From Octopus sinensis (taxonomy: Eukaryota): 64,000 bases of DNA. The stretch is taken from positions 22,940,001 through 23,004,000 of the forward strand of contig NC_043007.1 of the NCBI RefSeq assembly GCF_006345805.1, written 5' to 3'. The translations under genes and the position numbers were made by a program. Below are positions 25,771 to 38,749 of this stretch, piece after piece; the stretch's first letter is position 1, and every line of letters starts with the position of its first letter. The notes under the pieces were generated by a model. That model saw only the letters and a list, made by a program, of their open reading frames with translations, was not told where the DNA came from and did no database searches.

Positions 25771-26556
25771 AATTAACACATGGGAGCCAAGGAAGATAAC
25801 TCTATTTTCTAATCCTCAGATTTATTTATTTATTTTTTAAATTTTCATTCATCAAAATACCTGCATCGATTTTCGTTCGGTCACCGGTGTTAAACAATAT
25901 CGAGAGCCTAATTAATGCTTAGATACGAGAACGCTTGGTAAACCATGCTGCTGTAAGCATTCGATTTACAATAAGTCAGTGCAGGAACGTATTTGTGGTC
26001 ACTAGTGCTGGTAAAAATAACTGTTAAATCTCTCCCTCAAAATCACATCTGCTGTTTCCAAAAAAGCAAAAGATGACATTCTTTTCTACTCTGGGAAGAA
26101 GGCCTGAAATTTTCGGGTAAGCGGCCAGTCGATTAGATCGACCCCAGTTCGCAACTGGTACTTAGTTTATCGACCCCGAAATGATGAAGGCAAACTCGAC
26201 CGCAGCGGAATTTGAACTCAGACAGACGAAATACCGCTAAACATTTCGTCCAGCGTGCTAACGTGTCTGCCAGATCGACGTCTTAGAAAGTTGACATCCG
26301 ATATACAGTAATATAAGATTGTTATAGCTGGAAATACTATGTCCATTGCAAGTCGAACGGTAATGCGGAAATCGTCTTCTTCCTTCTTTCTTGATATTTG
26401 AGAGGGTGAAATGACTAAGATTACAGGATCGCTTTCTGAGGATCGCATGACAGTTGGGTCGACATTGCTTTTTACATTGACCACTGGGGTCAATACTATG
26501 ATAACACACCCAATGTTGTTGTTTGTGACCAGATAAGATCTTATCAAAATGACTTA

Positions 26557-27060
26557 CCGTAAATCCTCGTGTATAATCCGCATCCCCCCCCCCAAAAAAA
26601 AATTTTAAGGTCAAAATCCCTAGTGCGTACTATATACGAGGTTAAAAATGAAAATTATTTTCTAAGCAATGTCCGAGTCTCTATTTGTTGTCCGGCAATG
26701 TTTATTCCGACGCATTTTGTGATGTTGGGCGCGAAAATATCTTAAGCTAAGCCTGAAAGCAATGAAGTTATAAAAGAATCATCCATAACTTGCAGTAAGC
26801 AACATTTATTAAACGTTATTACTGTTATTTCTTTATTTTCTGCAAACAAAATGCACAAAAAAGCTACACGTTTGCATTTTGTTATATACACAATGATAAT
26901 AATAAAGAACGTTACTGTATACATTTTTACAAACCAGGGACGTTATATAAACTTCCTTGACTCAAGTTAGAGAAAGGGTGCGTATTATACAGAGGGTTTA
27001 GGTTTTTCAGAGGTACAGCCCCTTAAAAATCCCCTGCGGACTATACTCGAGGATTTACGG
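26557..27060. mobile_element. Tc1/mariner/pogo-type MITE
   Basis: TIR CCGTAAATCCTCG(T/A)GTATA / TATACTCGAGGATTTACGG flanked by TA. Confidence 0.8.
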
Positions 27061-27193
27061 TAACTCATAAGCGGGACGTTACAAGCACTACTACTCCCGG
27101 GAACAGTGGTGGTTGAAAGGTGGTCCCTCACTCCTCAATGCCCGGGAACTTCTGGTTTAGAGTCATACCCAGCACATACATACATACATGCAT

Positions 27194-27319
<126 letters not shown>

Positions 27320-28588
27320 ATATAGGAGTGGCTGTGTGGTAAGTAGCTTGTTTACCAACCACATGGTTCCGGGTTCAGTCCCACTGCGTGGCACCTTGGG
27401 CAAGTGTCTTCTGCTATAGCCCCGGCCGACCAATGCCTTGTGAGTGGATTTGGTAGACGGAAACTGAAAGAAGCCCGTCGTATATATGTATATATATATA
27501 TGTGTGTTTGTGTTTGTCCCCCTAGCATTGCTTGACAGCCGATGCTGGTGTGTTTACGACCCCGTCACTTAGCGGTTCGGCAAAAAAGAGACCGATAGAA
27601 TAAGTACTGGGCTTACAAAGAATAAGTCCCGGGGTCGATTTGATCGACTAAAGGCGGTGCTCCAGCATGGCCGCAGTCAAATGACTGAAACAAGTAAAAG
27701 AGTATATATATACACATACAACATTTGCTAGAAAACTGACTGAAGCAGGTGATTTTTCTCCAGTTTATTATAAAACAGTTCAGTTACGGCGAAAACAACA
27801 ATTATTCTCTTATACTTTAGGCACAAGGCCCGAAATTTTTTTGGGGGAGGGTGCCAGTCGATTAGATCGACCCAGTACGCAACTGGTACTTAATTTATCG
27901 ACCCCGAAAGGATAATAGGCAAAGTCGACCTCGGCGGAATTTGGACTCGAACGTAAAGACAGACGAAATAGCACTTGGCCCGGCGTGCTAACGATTCTGC
28001 CAGCTCACCGCCTTAAAATAACAATTATTGACACTGTTCCGTTGTTTCTTTAGACATTTCTTCTCTCTTCTGCTATACTTCCCCTTCAAATTCCAGCCTC
28101 ATCAGTCTATCCGTCCGTATCTCTCTTTTATTTCTTATTTCTTTATTGCCCACAAGGGGCTAAACATAGGACGAACAAAGACAGACAAAGGGATTAAGTC
28201 GATTACATCGAGCCCAGTGCGTAACTGGTACTTAATTTATCGATCTCGAAAGGATGAAAAGCAAAGTCGACCTCGGCGGAATTTGAACTCAGAACGTAAC
28301 ACCAGAGGAAATACCTATTTCTTTATTACCCACAAGGGGCTAAACACAGAGGGGACAAACAAGGACAGACATAGGTATTAAGTCGATTACATCGACCCCA
28401 GTGCGTAACTGGTACTTAATTTATCGATCCCGAAAGGATGAAAAGCAAAGTCGACCTCGGTGGAATTTGAACTCAGAACGTAACACCAGAGGAAATGTCG
28501 CTAAGCATTTCGCCCGGTGTGCTAACGTTTCTGCCAGCTCGCCGCCTTAATTCCTCTCTTTTATTTCTGTCTTCCTCTTACCGTTTCT

Positions 28589-28662
<74 letters not shown>

Positions 28663-29250
28663 TCTCCCCCCTTCAGTTTATCATCCTCACCGGCACCCTC
28701 AGTTTCCCCTCCCATCTCTCTACTTCATACAAGAACAGATTTCAGCCAATAAGGATTGTGAGGAATAGCGACCGACTCCCTTCCATAGCATACCTTACTG
28801 TCTTAAAAGAACCAGACTACATAGTCCCATGACTGGACCACCTTCCAACACCTGTCTACTCTATAAGGTACAATGTTGACAACAACATCGAAAGATATTT
28901 TAAAGGGAAACAACTCCATCTCATTTTAAAGCTAACTGCTATCCCTTCTGTAACAATTCCGCTTTCAACTGAAGCCCTTCAATTTTAACAACACATATTA
29001 TGAGCTTGTGGGTACTAAAACCCCGATCTCAACTTGTCAGAGGTTCGTTTCTATTCCACAACACTCAAATGCCTAATAGTGATTGCTGACAATGGCAGCG
29101 CATCAAAAGTTTACGAGAATGAGATATAATTGAATTTGAAGCAGAGAAGGAGAGGAGCGATTAAGCGAAAGAGACAAAAGAAAGGGTACGAGGAAGAATG
29201 AAGTGACACACACACACACACGCATACATGGATGCATTCATATATACACA

Positions 29251-29301
<51 letters not shown>

Positions 29302-29352
29302 GATAGATCGGTAGCCACTACACACATTTTTTTCTCTCCTTGTTTTTTCTGT

Positions 29353-29394
29353 GTCCCTTTCTGTAGAAGAGCGTAGGCTCGAAACGTAAAAGAC
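29353..29394 (+). ncRNA. Ultra-minimal hammerhead-like motif (core variant CUGUAGA)
   Basis: CUUU-CUGUAGA-A-GAGC-GUAG-GCUC-GAAACGUA-AAAG; ACGU palindrome. Sits in a ~180-bp unit between (TA)n tracts. Confidence 0.45.
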
Positions 29395-29485
29395 TTTTTC
29401 AATTCCTGGGCGTTATACTATTACATCTGCTTGTTTTGTACACCTATCTTTGTCTTTTTTTTTCTTGAACTCTCCCTATATAAAT

Positions 29486-29564
<79 letters not shown>

Positions 29565-30028
29565 ATAATAACAAAGGGTAAAATTAATTAAGAAGTAATC
29601 AATAATTTCACCAAGTAGAATTCGGTATGAAAAAGGACCATTTCACGGTAAACTTAAGTAATACTTTATAATTAGGGTTCAGCAAAGATTTGCTTTACCA
29701 CATACCGAAGTTTAGAAATAGCAGCCAAAAAACCTTAGCTATTTCTTCTACTTTAAAAAGGGACAACCAGAAAAACTAAAATACTTGAAAACAATCCACA
29801 CAGGCTGAGAGGATTGATTTTCGTTATTTTTCCTCTCTGCCTGCGTGGATTGTTTCCAAGTATTTTAATTTTTCTGGGTGTCCCTTTTTAAAGTAGAAGA
29901 AATAGCTAAGGTTTTTTGGCTGGTATTTCTAAACTTCGGTATGTGGTAAAGCAAATCTTTGCTGAACCCTAATTATAAAGTATATATAAGTCCAACCCAT
30001 GCTAGCAAGGAAAACGGACGCTAAATGA

Positions 30029-30085
<57 letters not shown>

Positions 30086-30504
30086 CATACACTCACACAT
30101 GTTTATCTATGAAAATGAATTAAGATCAACACAAAGAGTAATAGAAAGGAGAATGCCGAAAATTAAAGAAAATGGATAAGTGGGGAAATTACAGATTAAG
30201 AGTAGCAACAAGTTTGATGGAAAATATCTGGAAAATAAAAACTCTGAAATGTTTTTTAGCAGGACATGTTTTTAGAAGAAAGGACAATAGCAAATTGGCA
30301 GAGTGGACATCATGTCCAGAAAAGGAAATAAGGGAGGACCATGAAGAAGCTGAGATGAGACTTTGTTAAATTCTTTGGCATACAAAAATTGATGAAGAAA
30401 ACATCAGACTTCGGTTGTGGGAGAGTACATACTGAAGCATTTGTCCAGCAGTGGACTGACCATGTGCAAGGGTGATGAAGATGTGAAAATAGGATATAAG
30501 ATAA

Positions 30505-31060
30505 TATGGCATCTGCCATATTCTGAACGCCTTACTTCCCTGGGCATGGATACATTGAAACTCTGATGTCTCGCAGCTGACTTGGCAGACACCCATAAAA
30601 TTATTAACCATCTTACAAACAATAACTCTGAGCACCTTTTCAAACTCCGCCTGTCTAACACCCGTGGACATGTTTACAAAGTCAGAAAACAGCACAGCTC
30701 CCATGACTTTCGGAAACATTTTTTCATGCTAAGAGTTGCTGAAGCATGGAACAAACTGCCGGCATCAGTTGTTAGTTGTCGGAGCACTGCATCCTTCAAA
30801 ACTTCCATGCTTCCTGAGATTCACCAACACTACACCTGATTTTCTCCCCTCCATACACATGCAAGCATGTATCTGACTCATACACTGTTCACTTCCCAGA
30901 CATTTGTACATTACTGCATATGCTTTATACGCACTTTTGACAAGTTGTGGTGCACCTGAGCACTGTATACAATAATTTCATTATTACTATTATTATCATT
31001 ATTATTATTATTATTATTATCAGTATTACAATTATTATTATTATTATTATTATTATTATA
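30505..31060 (+). mobile_element. CR1-type LINE 3' fragment with (TTA)n tail (shorter copies 43575-43968, 23781-23930)
   Basis: LADTHKIINH...TRGHVYKVRK...RKHFFMLRVAEAWNKLPASVV is typical of a CR1 ORF2 C-terminus; the 3' UTR is shared by three copies. Confidence 0.8.
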
Positions 31061-32896
31061 ACCAGAGAAACACTGGGTCAGTTGTATAAAAGTATTTTGA
31101 AATCTGTCAACGAGTCTTGGAAGAATGACTCTTCTCAAAGTTTGGCAAAGTCTAACAGAATTAAATGTTGAGGCATTTATGTGTTTCTCAGTATGGACCC
31201 AGCACGAGAAAGAGACAGAAGAGAGAGAAAGAGAGAGAGTGATCTTTTACTGCTATGTAGAGATAGACAAAAGGAAACTTGATTTACTGAGGCCTGTCCT
31301 GGCCAAGGAAGGTCAACAAAAGGGCCTGATAGAATAAGTACCAGACTTTAAAAGAAGAAAAGGGACTGGGGGGGGGGGTCAATTCATTCAACTAAAAGAT
31401 CTTCAAGGTGGTGCCCCAGCATGACCGTAGTCTAATATAATAATAATATAAATCTATTAGTCCAATTTACGTGGTCATGCTGGAGCACCGCCTTTAGTCG
31501 ATCGAGCAAATCGACCCCACGACTTATTCTAGTACTTATTCTATCGTTCTCACTTGCCGAACCGCTAAGTTACAGGCACGTAAACACGCCAGCATCGGTT
31601 GTTAAGCGATGTTGGGGGGAGGGGACAAACACAGACATACAAACATATATACACACACATATATATATATACATATATATACGATGGGCTTCTTTCAGTT
31701 TCCGTCAACCAAATCCACTCACAAGGCTATAGTAGAAGACACTTGCCTAAGGTGCCATGCAGTGGGACTGAACCCGGAACCACGTGGTTCGTAAGCAAGC
31801 TACTTACCACACAGCCACTCCTATTACAATAAGTAAAGATTAGGAGATTTTTTTTGTTTTTCAGAAATTGCATAAAAAATTGGGTTAAGCCCTTTGGCAG
31901 CTTGGCTGATTTGGGCAAGTTGGTAGGAGGTCAAAAAAATAAAAAATAAATAGGTCAATAACTAATTAAAAAAAAAGAAAGAAAAAAGGAAGAAAAATGA
32001 CTGAAACAAGTACATGGAATTTTGATGGAAGATTTTAATTTAGATCACCTTAAACCAAGGAATTTATATCATAGAATTCAGATTGGTCATAGACCAGTTG
32101 ATATCAAAAGAGTTAAACACTTCATCAAAACATTATCTTAGTCATTCGTACGATGATTATAATGTCATCAATTCATGCCATTTTTTCCTCTAGCATATAT
32201 CATCCATTCATTTTAAGTACCCAGGCATTGTGGTACTCGACTCAGTTTTGTCTTGATATGTATTAATTGTAAGGCAGCAAGCTGGCAGAAATGTTAGCAC
32301 GTTGGGTGAAATGCTCAGCGGTATTTTGTCTGCCGTTACATTGTGAGTTCAAATTCCGCCAAGGTCAACTTTGCCTTTCATCCTTTCAGGGTCGATTAAA
32401 TAAGTACCAGTTATGCACTGGAGTCGATATAATCGACTTAATACCTATGACTGTCCTTGTTTGTCCCCTCTATGTTTAACCCCTTGTGGGCAATAAAGAA
32501 ATAGGCATTTCGTCTGCCGTTACATTCTGAGTTCAAATTCCGCCGAGCTCAACTTTGCCTTTCATCCTTTCGGGGTCGATTAAATAAGTACCAGTTACGC
32601 ACTGGGGTCGATATAATCGACTTAATTCATTTGTCTGTCCTTGTTTGTCCCTTCTATGTTTAACCCCTTGTGTGTAGTAAAGAAATAGGTATTTCGTCTG
32701 TTTTTACGTTCTGAGTTCAAATTCTACCGAGATCAACTTTGCCTTTCATCCTTTCAGGGTCGATAAATTAAGTACCAGTTGTGTACTGGGGTCAATTTAA
32801 TCGACTGGCTCCCTCCCCCAAAATTTCGGACTTTGTGCCTAGAGTAGAAAGAAATATTAAGGTGGCAAGCTGGCAGAAATGTATGCACGCCGGGCA

Positions 32897-32980
32897 TAGT
32901 AGTAATAGTAGTAGTAGTAGTGGAGGTGATAGTAGTAATAATAGGTGGTGGTGGTGGTGGTGGTAGTAGCAGCAGCAGTC

Positions 32981-33011
<31 letters not shown>

Positions 33012-33047
33012 GTGGTGGTGGTGGGGATGTTCGTGGTGGTAGTGGTG

Positions 33048-33079
<32 letters not shown>

Positions 33080-33186
33080 TGGTGGTGGTAGTGGTGGTGG
33101 TGGTAGTAGTAGTAGAAGTAGTAGTAGTAGTAGGTGGTGATGGTGGTGGTGGTGGTGGTGGTGGTGGTAGTAGTAGTAGTAGTAAT
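32897..33186. repeat. Compound (GTA/GGT)n microsatellite
   Basis: Direct inspection; source of the poly-T/H/Y/V ORFs. Confidence 0.95.
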
Positions 33187-34600
33187 GCATTTGAAAGCAT
33201 TGGACCAAGCAACGATTGTGGAGACTGGCAAAGTGACGTGCCAGTGTTGTTGTATTTTTACTTGTCTTATTGCATTGTTCTGAGGTGGGGGAGGAGGAGG
33301 CTGTCATTCTTCTAGCATTGGAGAGAGAGAGAACGCTGTAACTGGTTTCAAAATAATAATGATAACGATGATAATGAGGTTGTTGGCAACTAAACCAGTA
33401 ACCCTCATCAAGCTTGTTTGATGAGGAGGGCGATGTTTGGGCACCCTGGGGATGAGGAACAAGACCTATTTCTTTATTGCCCACAAAGGGCTAAACATAG
33501 AGGGGACAAACAAGGACAGACAAATGGATTAAGTCTATTACAATGACCCCAGTGCGTAACTGGTACTTAATTAATCGACCCCGGAAGGATGAAAGGCAAA
33601 GTCGACCTCGGCGGAATTTGAACTCAGAACGTGATGGCAGACAAAATACCTATTTCTTTTACTACCCACAAGGGGCTAAACATAGAGGGGACAAACAAGG
33701 ACAGACAAACGGATTAAGTCTATTACAGTGACCCCAGTGTGTAACTGGTACTAAATTAATCGACCCCGGAAGGATGAAAGGCAAAGTCGACCTCGGCGGA
33801 ATTTGAACTCAGAACCTAACGGCAGACGAAATACCACTAAGCATTTCGCCCAGCGTGCTAATGTTTCTGCCTGCTCGCCGCCTTCATGAGGAACAAGACC
33901 TGTCAAAGGTTGGATGAACACATGAGAATCAATGGCCATCCGATTGTGTATATATGAGAGTTGGTTGTGTGGATTCTCTGAGCCTTGGTTCACAACCCAC
34001 TTAAGAGGGGAAACGAACAGTACATGAAGAATTGTCACAAAGCAGGGTGCTATTAAAGACAAAAATTGAAAAGATGTGATGCTAGATGCAAGGGTTAGAA
34101 GACTACTTTCGGGGGAAATAGAGGGAGAACTACATATGGTGAGTGTTGGCAACATGGGGGGCATCTGTCCATTGAAAATTCACCTCAGCAAACTTTGTCC
34201 AATTCATGCAAGCTTGGAAAAAGTGGTTAAAATGATGACGACGATGCTGCCGCTTTACCAACAACATCATAGTTGTAACAACTGTGACGTTATTGGTAAA
34301 ACATGTTCTTTATCTATCTCCTTAACTTCTTGCAGATCTTAAGTAAAATTATACTAGTGTGCCCTTCTAATTTAATTAAATTCTATGTCTTTGTGCAGCT
34401 AAAGATTGCTCTACATTTTAAATTGATGTAATGAAATGATTGCATTGTTCAATTAAAAGGAGTTGCATGAAACGATCGTACTGCATTACCTCTGGATATC
34501 CTTGTTGCTTATTTTGATTATAATCACCTTATTTTGAAATTGTATGGATAATACCGTACTAAATTCTGGTGCCTCAACTCAAGTACCATATTCATCTGAA

Positions 34601-34671
<71 letters not shown>

Positions 34672-34675
34672 TATA

Positions 34676-35667
34676 CTAGCAGTATCGCCCGGCGTTGCTC
34701 GGGTTTGTAAGGGAAATAACTATAAGCATTTTTAGAGAGTTATAGCCAAAAAATAGCAAAAAAATGCATTAAAAACGGAAAAAAAATTATAGTAAATTTT
34801 TTTTAAATCGTTGACTCATCATAGACATTTTTAGAGAGAGTTACTTCCCTTGTATAATAGCAAAAAAATGCATTAAAATGGAAAAAAATGATGGTAAATT
34901 ATTTTTAAAATCGTAGACTCATCGTAGACGCGCGCTAATACCCAGAAGGGCTCGATATGAATCACGACTATAAGATACCCGGTTTTGGTTAAACTGCACC
35001 ACAAAATGTGGGAGTAGTTAGGAATCTAAATCGTAGGAGACAGACACTCACACAACTTCACTTTTATAGATATAGATATATATATGTACGAGCAAAATGC
35101 CGCTCCCACCCCCCCGTCCATTGGATGATGCTGAGTTGTCAAACATTTAAACCAAATTTTCTCAAAACAATTTGTCTGACCATCCCATAGGCCTCTCCTT
35201 TGAGAAACTGATTTAATCTAAATTTGAGACACCAGCAAAAGTAGAAATAAAGATGACTTTTTTTTTTCTATTCCAAAGAAAAACGATTTTATTCACACAA
35301 ATATGCAACCGAAGAGTTTAAAGTACCAGTAATGATAAGGCTGTTGACTGGGAGAACACAAACATGGTTTAAACAGTAAGCTTGGCAAGAAAGAAACGAA
35401 GTTAAGGCAAAATAATTTCTGACAGACAGAACGGATTTTATATAGCAGCTGATGTACTTGCGTGTACAAATGCACGTTCCCATGGCTTTATCGATCACAT
35501 TCTCACCTGGAATCGATTTTTGTAATTTTTTCAAGACTTATACACACCCTGATATCATTGGTATCTACATATCAAATTTGAGTGCAATCAGATGGAGGAT
35601 GCCCAAGATCCTACAAGACACACAGACAGACAGACAGAACAGATTTTATACAATATATATATATATA

Positions 35668-35710
<43 letters not shown>

Positions 35711-36700
35711 ATATAATATATATATACTAGCAGTATCGCCCGGCGTTGCTCGGGTTTGTAAGGGAAATAACTATAAAGCATTTTTAGAGAGTTATAGCCA
35801 AAAAATAGCAAAAAAATGCATTAAAAACGGAAAAAAAATTATAGTAAATTTTTTTTAAATCGTTGACTCATCATAGACATTTTTAGAGAGTTACTTCCCT
35901 TGTATAATAGCAAAAAAATGCATTAAAATGGAAAAAAATGATGGTAAATTATTTTTAAAATCGTAGACTCATCGTAGACGCGCGCTAATACCCAGAAGGG
36001 CTCGATATGAATCACGACTATAAGATATCCGGTTTTGGTTAAACTGCACCACAAAATGTGGGAGTAGTTAGGAATCTAAATCGTAGGAGACAGACACTCA
36101 CACAACTTCACTTTTATAGATATAGATATATATATACGAGCAAAATGCCGCTCCCACCCCCCCGTCCATTGGATGATGCTGAGTTGTCAAACATTTAAAC
36201 CAAATTTTCTCAAAACAATTTGTCTGACCATCCCATAGGCCTCTCCTTTGAGAAACTGATTTAATCTAAATTTGAGACCCAGCAAAAGTAGAAATAAAGA
36301 TGACTTTTTTTTTCTATTCCAAAGAAAAACGATTTTATTCACACAAATATGCAACCGAAGAGTTTAAAGTACCAGTAATGATAAGGCTGTTGACTGGGAG
36401 AACACAAACATGGTTTAAACAGTAAGCTTGGCAAGAAAGAAACGAAGTTAAGGCAAAATAATTTCTGACAGACAGAACGGATTTTATATAGCAGCTGATG
36501 TACTTGTGTGTACAAATGCACGTTCCCATGGCTTTATCGATCACATTCTCACCTGGAATCGATTTTTGTAATTTTTTCAAGACTTATACACACCCTGATA
36601 CCATTGGTATCTACATATCAAATTTGAGTGCAATCAGATGGAGGATGCCCAAGATCCTACAAGACACACAGACAGACAGACAGAACAGATTTTATACAAT
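34676..36700 (-). repeat. Tandem duplication (period 1051 bp) of two head-to-tail Helitron-like non-autonomous elements
   Basis: Units start at 34676 and 35727 and are nearly identical. Each is a TC...hairpin(CCCGAGCAACGCCGGG)-CTAG element (34676-35076; 35727-36126) plus a second element (35088-35650; 36136-36696) also present at 12329-12711. Confidence 0.8.
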
Positions 36701-36720
36701 ATATATATATATAATATATA

Positions 36721-36757
<37 letters not shown>

Positions 36758-36800
36758 TAAATAAATGGAGTTGAACGCAGATGTTATTCAAATTCTTTTA

Positions 36801-36886
36801 CTTTCAACATATGTTTCGAAGACAACATTGGTTTTATTCCAAAGGAATAAACTGTGTAAAATAATGCAACCTTCTCATCAGGAAAG
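36801..36886 (-). ncRNA. Minimal type-I hammerhead ribozyme motif with extended stem II
   Basis: Minus strand: CUUUC-CUGAUGA-GAAG...CUUC-GAAAC-AUAU-GUU-GAAAG. 5-bp stem I; long stem II with inner hairpin UUUAUUCC/GGAAUAAA; palindromic stem III ACAUAUGU. Confidence 0.7.
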
Positions 36887-37092
36887 ATAAACAAAGGATA
36901 ATTCATTCATCCATTTACATATATATATATAAATTATTTTTGTTAAGAAAAACAGAAAGTTGCTAATTTCAAGCATTTGCTAGGGCTATTGATAATGCCA
37001 AAAGTGAAGCAATTCCATGATATCAATCAAAGCCACAGCTGTGGGACCAACTGCTTCCCTTCATGCCTCCTATCACTCAAACCCAGAATACA

Positions 37093-37338
37093 TTATCCAA
37101 CTATATTTCGATCTCTTATGACTCCAGCTTCATGTAGAGACATTAGCAGAGCCTTCACGAACATCACCAGTTGACCATGGGGACTATTCTTCCCTTCGTA
37201 ATCATGGGTGTGCAGCAGTTTAATTGCTTCTCGGCTGAGTTTGGTGAACAGGCTCAGCACGCGATTGAGATCCTTCATGCCAAATGAGTCTGCTGCTCCA
37301 ACCAGCTGCCAGATGTGGTTAATTGTTGAGGATGTATC
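37093..37338 (-). CDS. Orphan secreted protein, terminal coding exon
   Basis: tattttgcag|GAT ACA...GGA TAA; 81 aa of non-repetitive, amphipathic-helix-like sequence; AATAAA on the minus strand at 36838-36833. Confidence 0.75.
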   Translation of the reverse strand, partial: DTSSTINHIWQLVGAADSFGMKDLNRVLSLFTKLSREAIKLLHTHDYEGKNSPHGQLVMFVKALLMSLHEAGVIRDRNIVG

Positions 37339-37604
37339 CTGCAAAATAGCATGTTAATGATATGTTATGTAAAGTATAGAAGTGTATTACATGATGTGTA
37401 AATATTATCAAGTATTGAGTTTGATATTAATACATAATGGGAATTAATCCATATGTGTTTTTTTAAATGTCAGAAATATCATTTATGCAAGTGGCAATAA
37501 ATCTATCTGTTTTTTTTTTTTTAAATTCTGTTTATATCTCTCCACACATACACATACATACACACATCCCACCTCAAATATATATGTGTACACACACACA
37601 CACA

Positions 37605-37923
37605 CGATGGTGGCGGTGACAGTGGCGATGGCGGTGGTGGCTGTGGTGGTGGTGGTGGTGATGGTGGTATTAGTTTTGGTGGTGGTGGCTGTGGTGGTGG
37701 TGGTGGCGGTGGTGGCGGCAGCGGTGATGGCTGTGGTGGTGGTGGTGGTGATGGTGGTAGTAGTTTTGGTGGTGGTGGCTGTGGTGGTGGTGGTGGTGGC
37801 GGCAGCGGTGGTGGCTGTGGTGGTGGTGGTGATGGTGGTGGTGATGGTGGTGGTGGCGGCGGCGGTGGCGGTGGTGGCGGTGGCGGTGGCGGCGGCGGCA
37901 GCGGTGGTGGTGGTGGTGGTGGC
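37605..37923. repeat. Compound (GGT/GGC/GAT)n microsatellite
   Basis: Direct inspection; source of the poly-P/T/V ORFs. Confidence 0.95.
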
Positions 37924-38529
37924 ATGAGTTAGATAGTTATACATGGTTCTAATGAGTCAAGGACTGTATTGTACACCAGTATCTGCTTTGGTATGGTCCC
38001 TATGGCTGGATGCCCTTATTAGCACCCATGTGTATTGGGTGCTTTCTTTGTGCCACTGGCACTCTTGGGGTCACCATGTAGCTTGCAAGTCAACGATTCC
38101 AGGGCAGCAGGATGTTCGATGGGGATTAAAGTATAAAGGAAGAGATTAGTGGGCAGCAGCTACAAGACTATTCACCTTTACAAGAGAGAATAAAAATGAA
38201 TTAGAAATATCTGCAAGGAGATGGACAGTGGTGATGAGGTATCCAGAGGGTATCTTAGGTAGCAGGAGTAGTAGTGAGTTGGGTGAATATATGATCATAT
38301 ATGAAAAGGACCCCCATTGGTCATTTGGACCCCAGTTGAGAACCATTGCTTTTAACTGTAGTGTGATTTAAGAGGTATTTGACTGCTATTTCTAGCAACC
38401 AGCTCAACTAACCATGTTAAGGCTTTTTCATCAGCTTGTCCCAGTAGTATTAGATAACCATAGAGGGAAGTGCAGTGTAATGATTATTGTAATGAAAAAT
38501 ATAGTTTGACCAGGTTCTAAAGTACTTAC

Positions 38530-38623
38530 ATTGTTTGAAACAATTTGCATTTCTAAGTGACCAAGTTGAAACTTCAGTTGTTCTATAATTTGGTCAGCCG
38601 TTAGGGACTTCTGAGAAGGGTCA
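38530..38623 (-). CDS. Orphan secreted protein, coding exon 3
   Basis: ttttttcctttcag|T GAC CCT...AAC AAT|gtaagt; DPSQKSLTADQIIEQLKFQLGHLEMQIVSNN; 94 nt, phase 2/0. Confidence 0.75.
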
Positions 38624-38749
38624 CTGAAAGGAAAAAAAGTTGGACAATGAGAGTGTGGCATTGTAATGTGAGCCTAAACTGTGGTAGTGTTGAGTAATAT
38701 GATGTTGTGTTGTATTCATTTATTGTAGTGTAATGTGTAATATATTATA

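Noticed and set aside
30172-30440. ORF with AGHVFRRKDN
   Set aside because: Resembles a decayed RTE-type LINE C-terminus; too degenerate to annotate and not a host gene.
32754-33484. Long ORFs of 124-230 aa (poly-T/H/Y/L)
   Set aside because: Translations of trinucleotide microsatellites; no supported splice context or domain.
37483-37944. Proline-rich/extensin-like and mucin-like ORFs
   Set aside because: GGT/GGC microsatellite open in several frames on both strands; lies in an intron of the orphan gene model.
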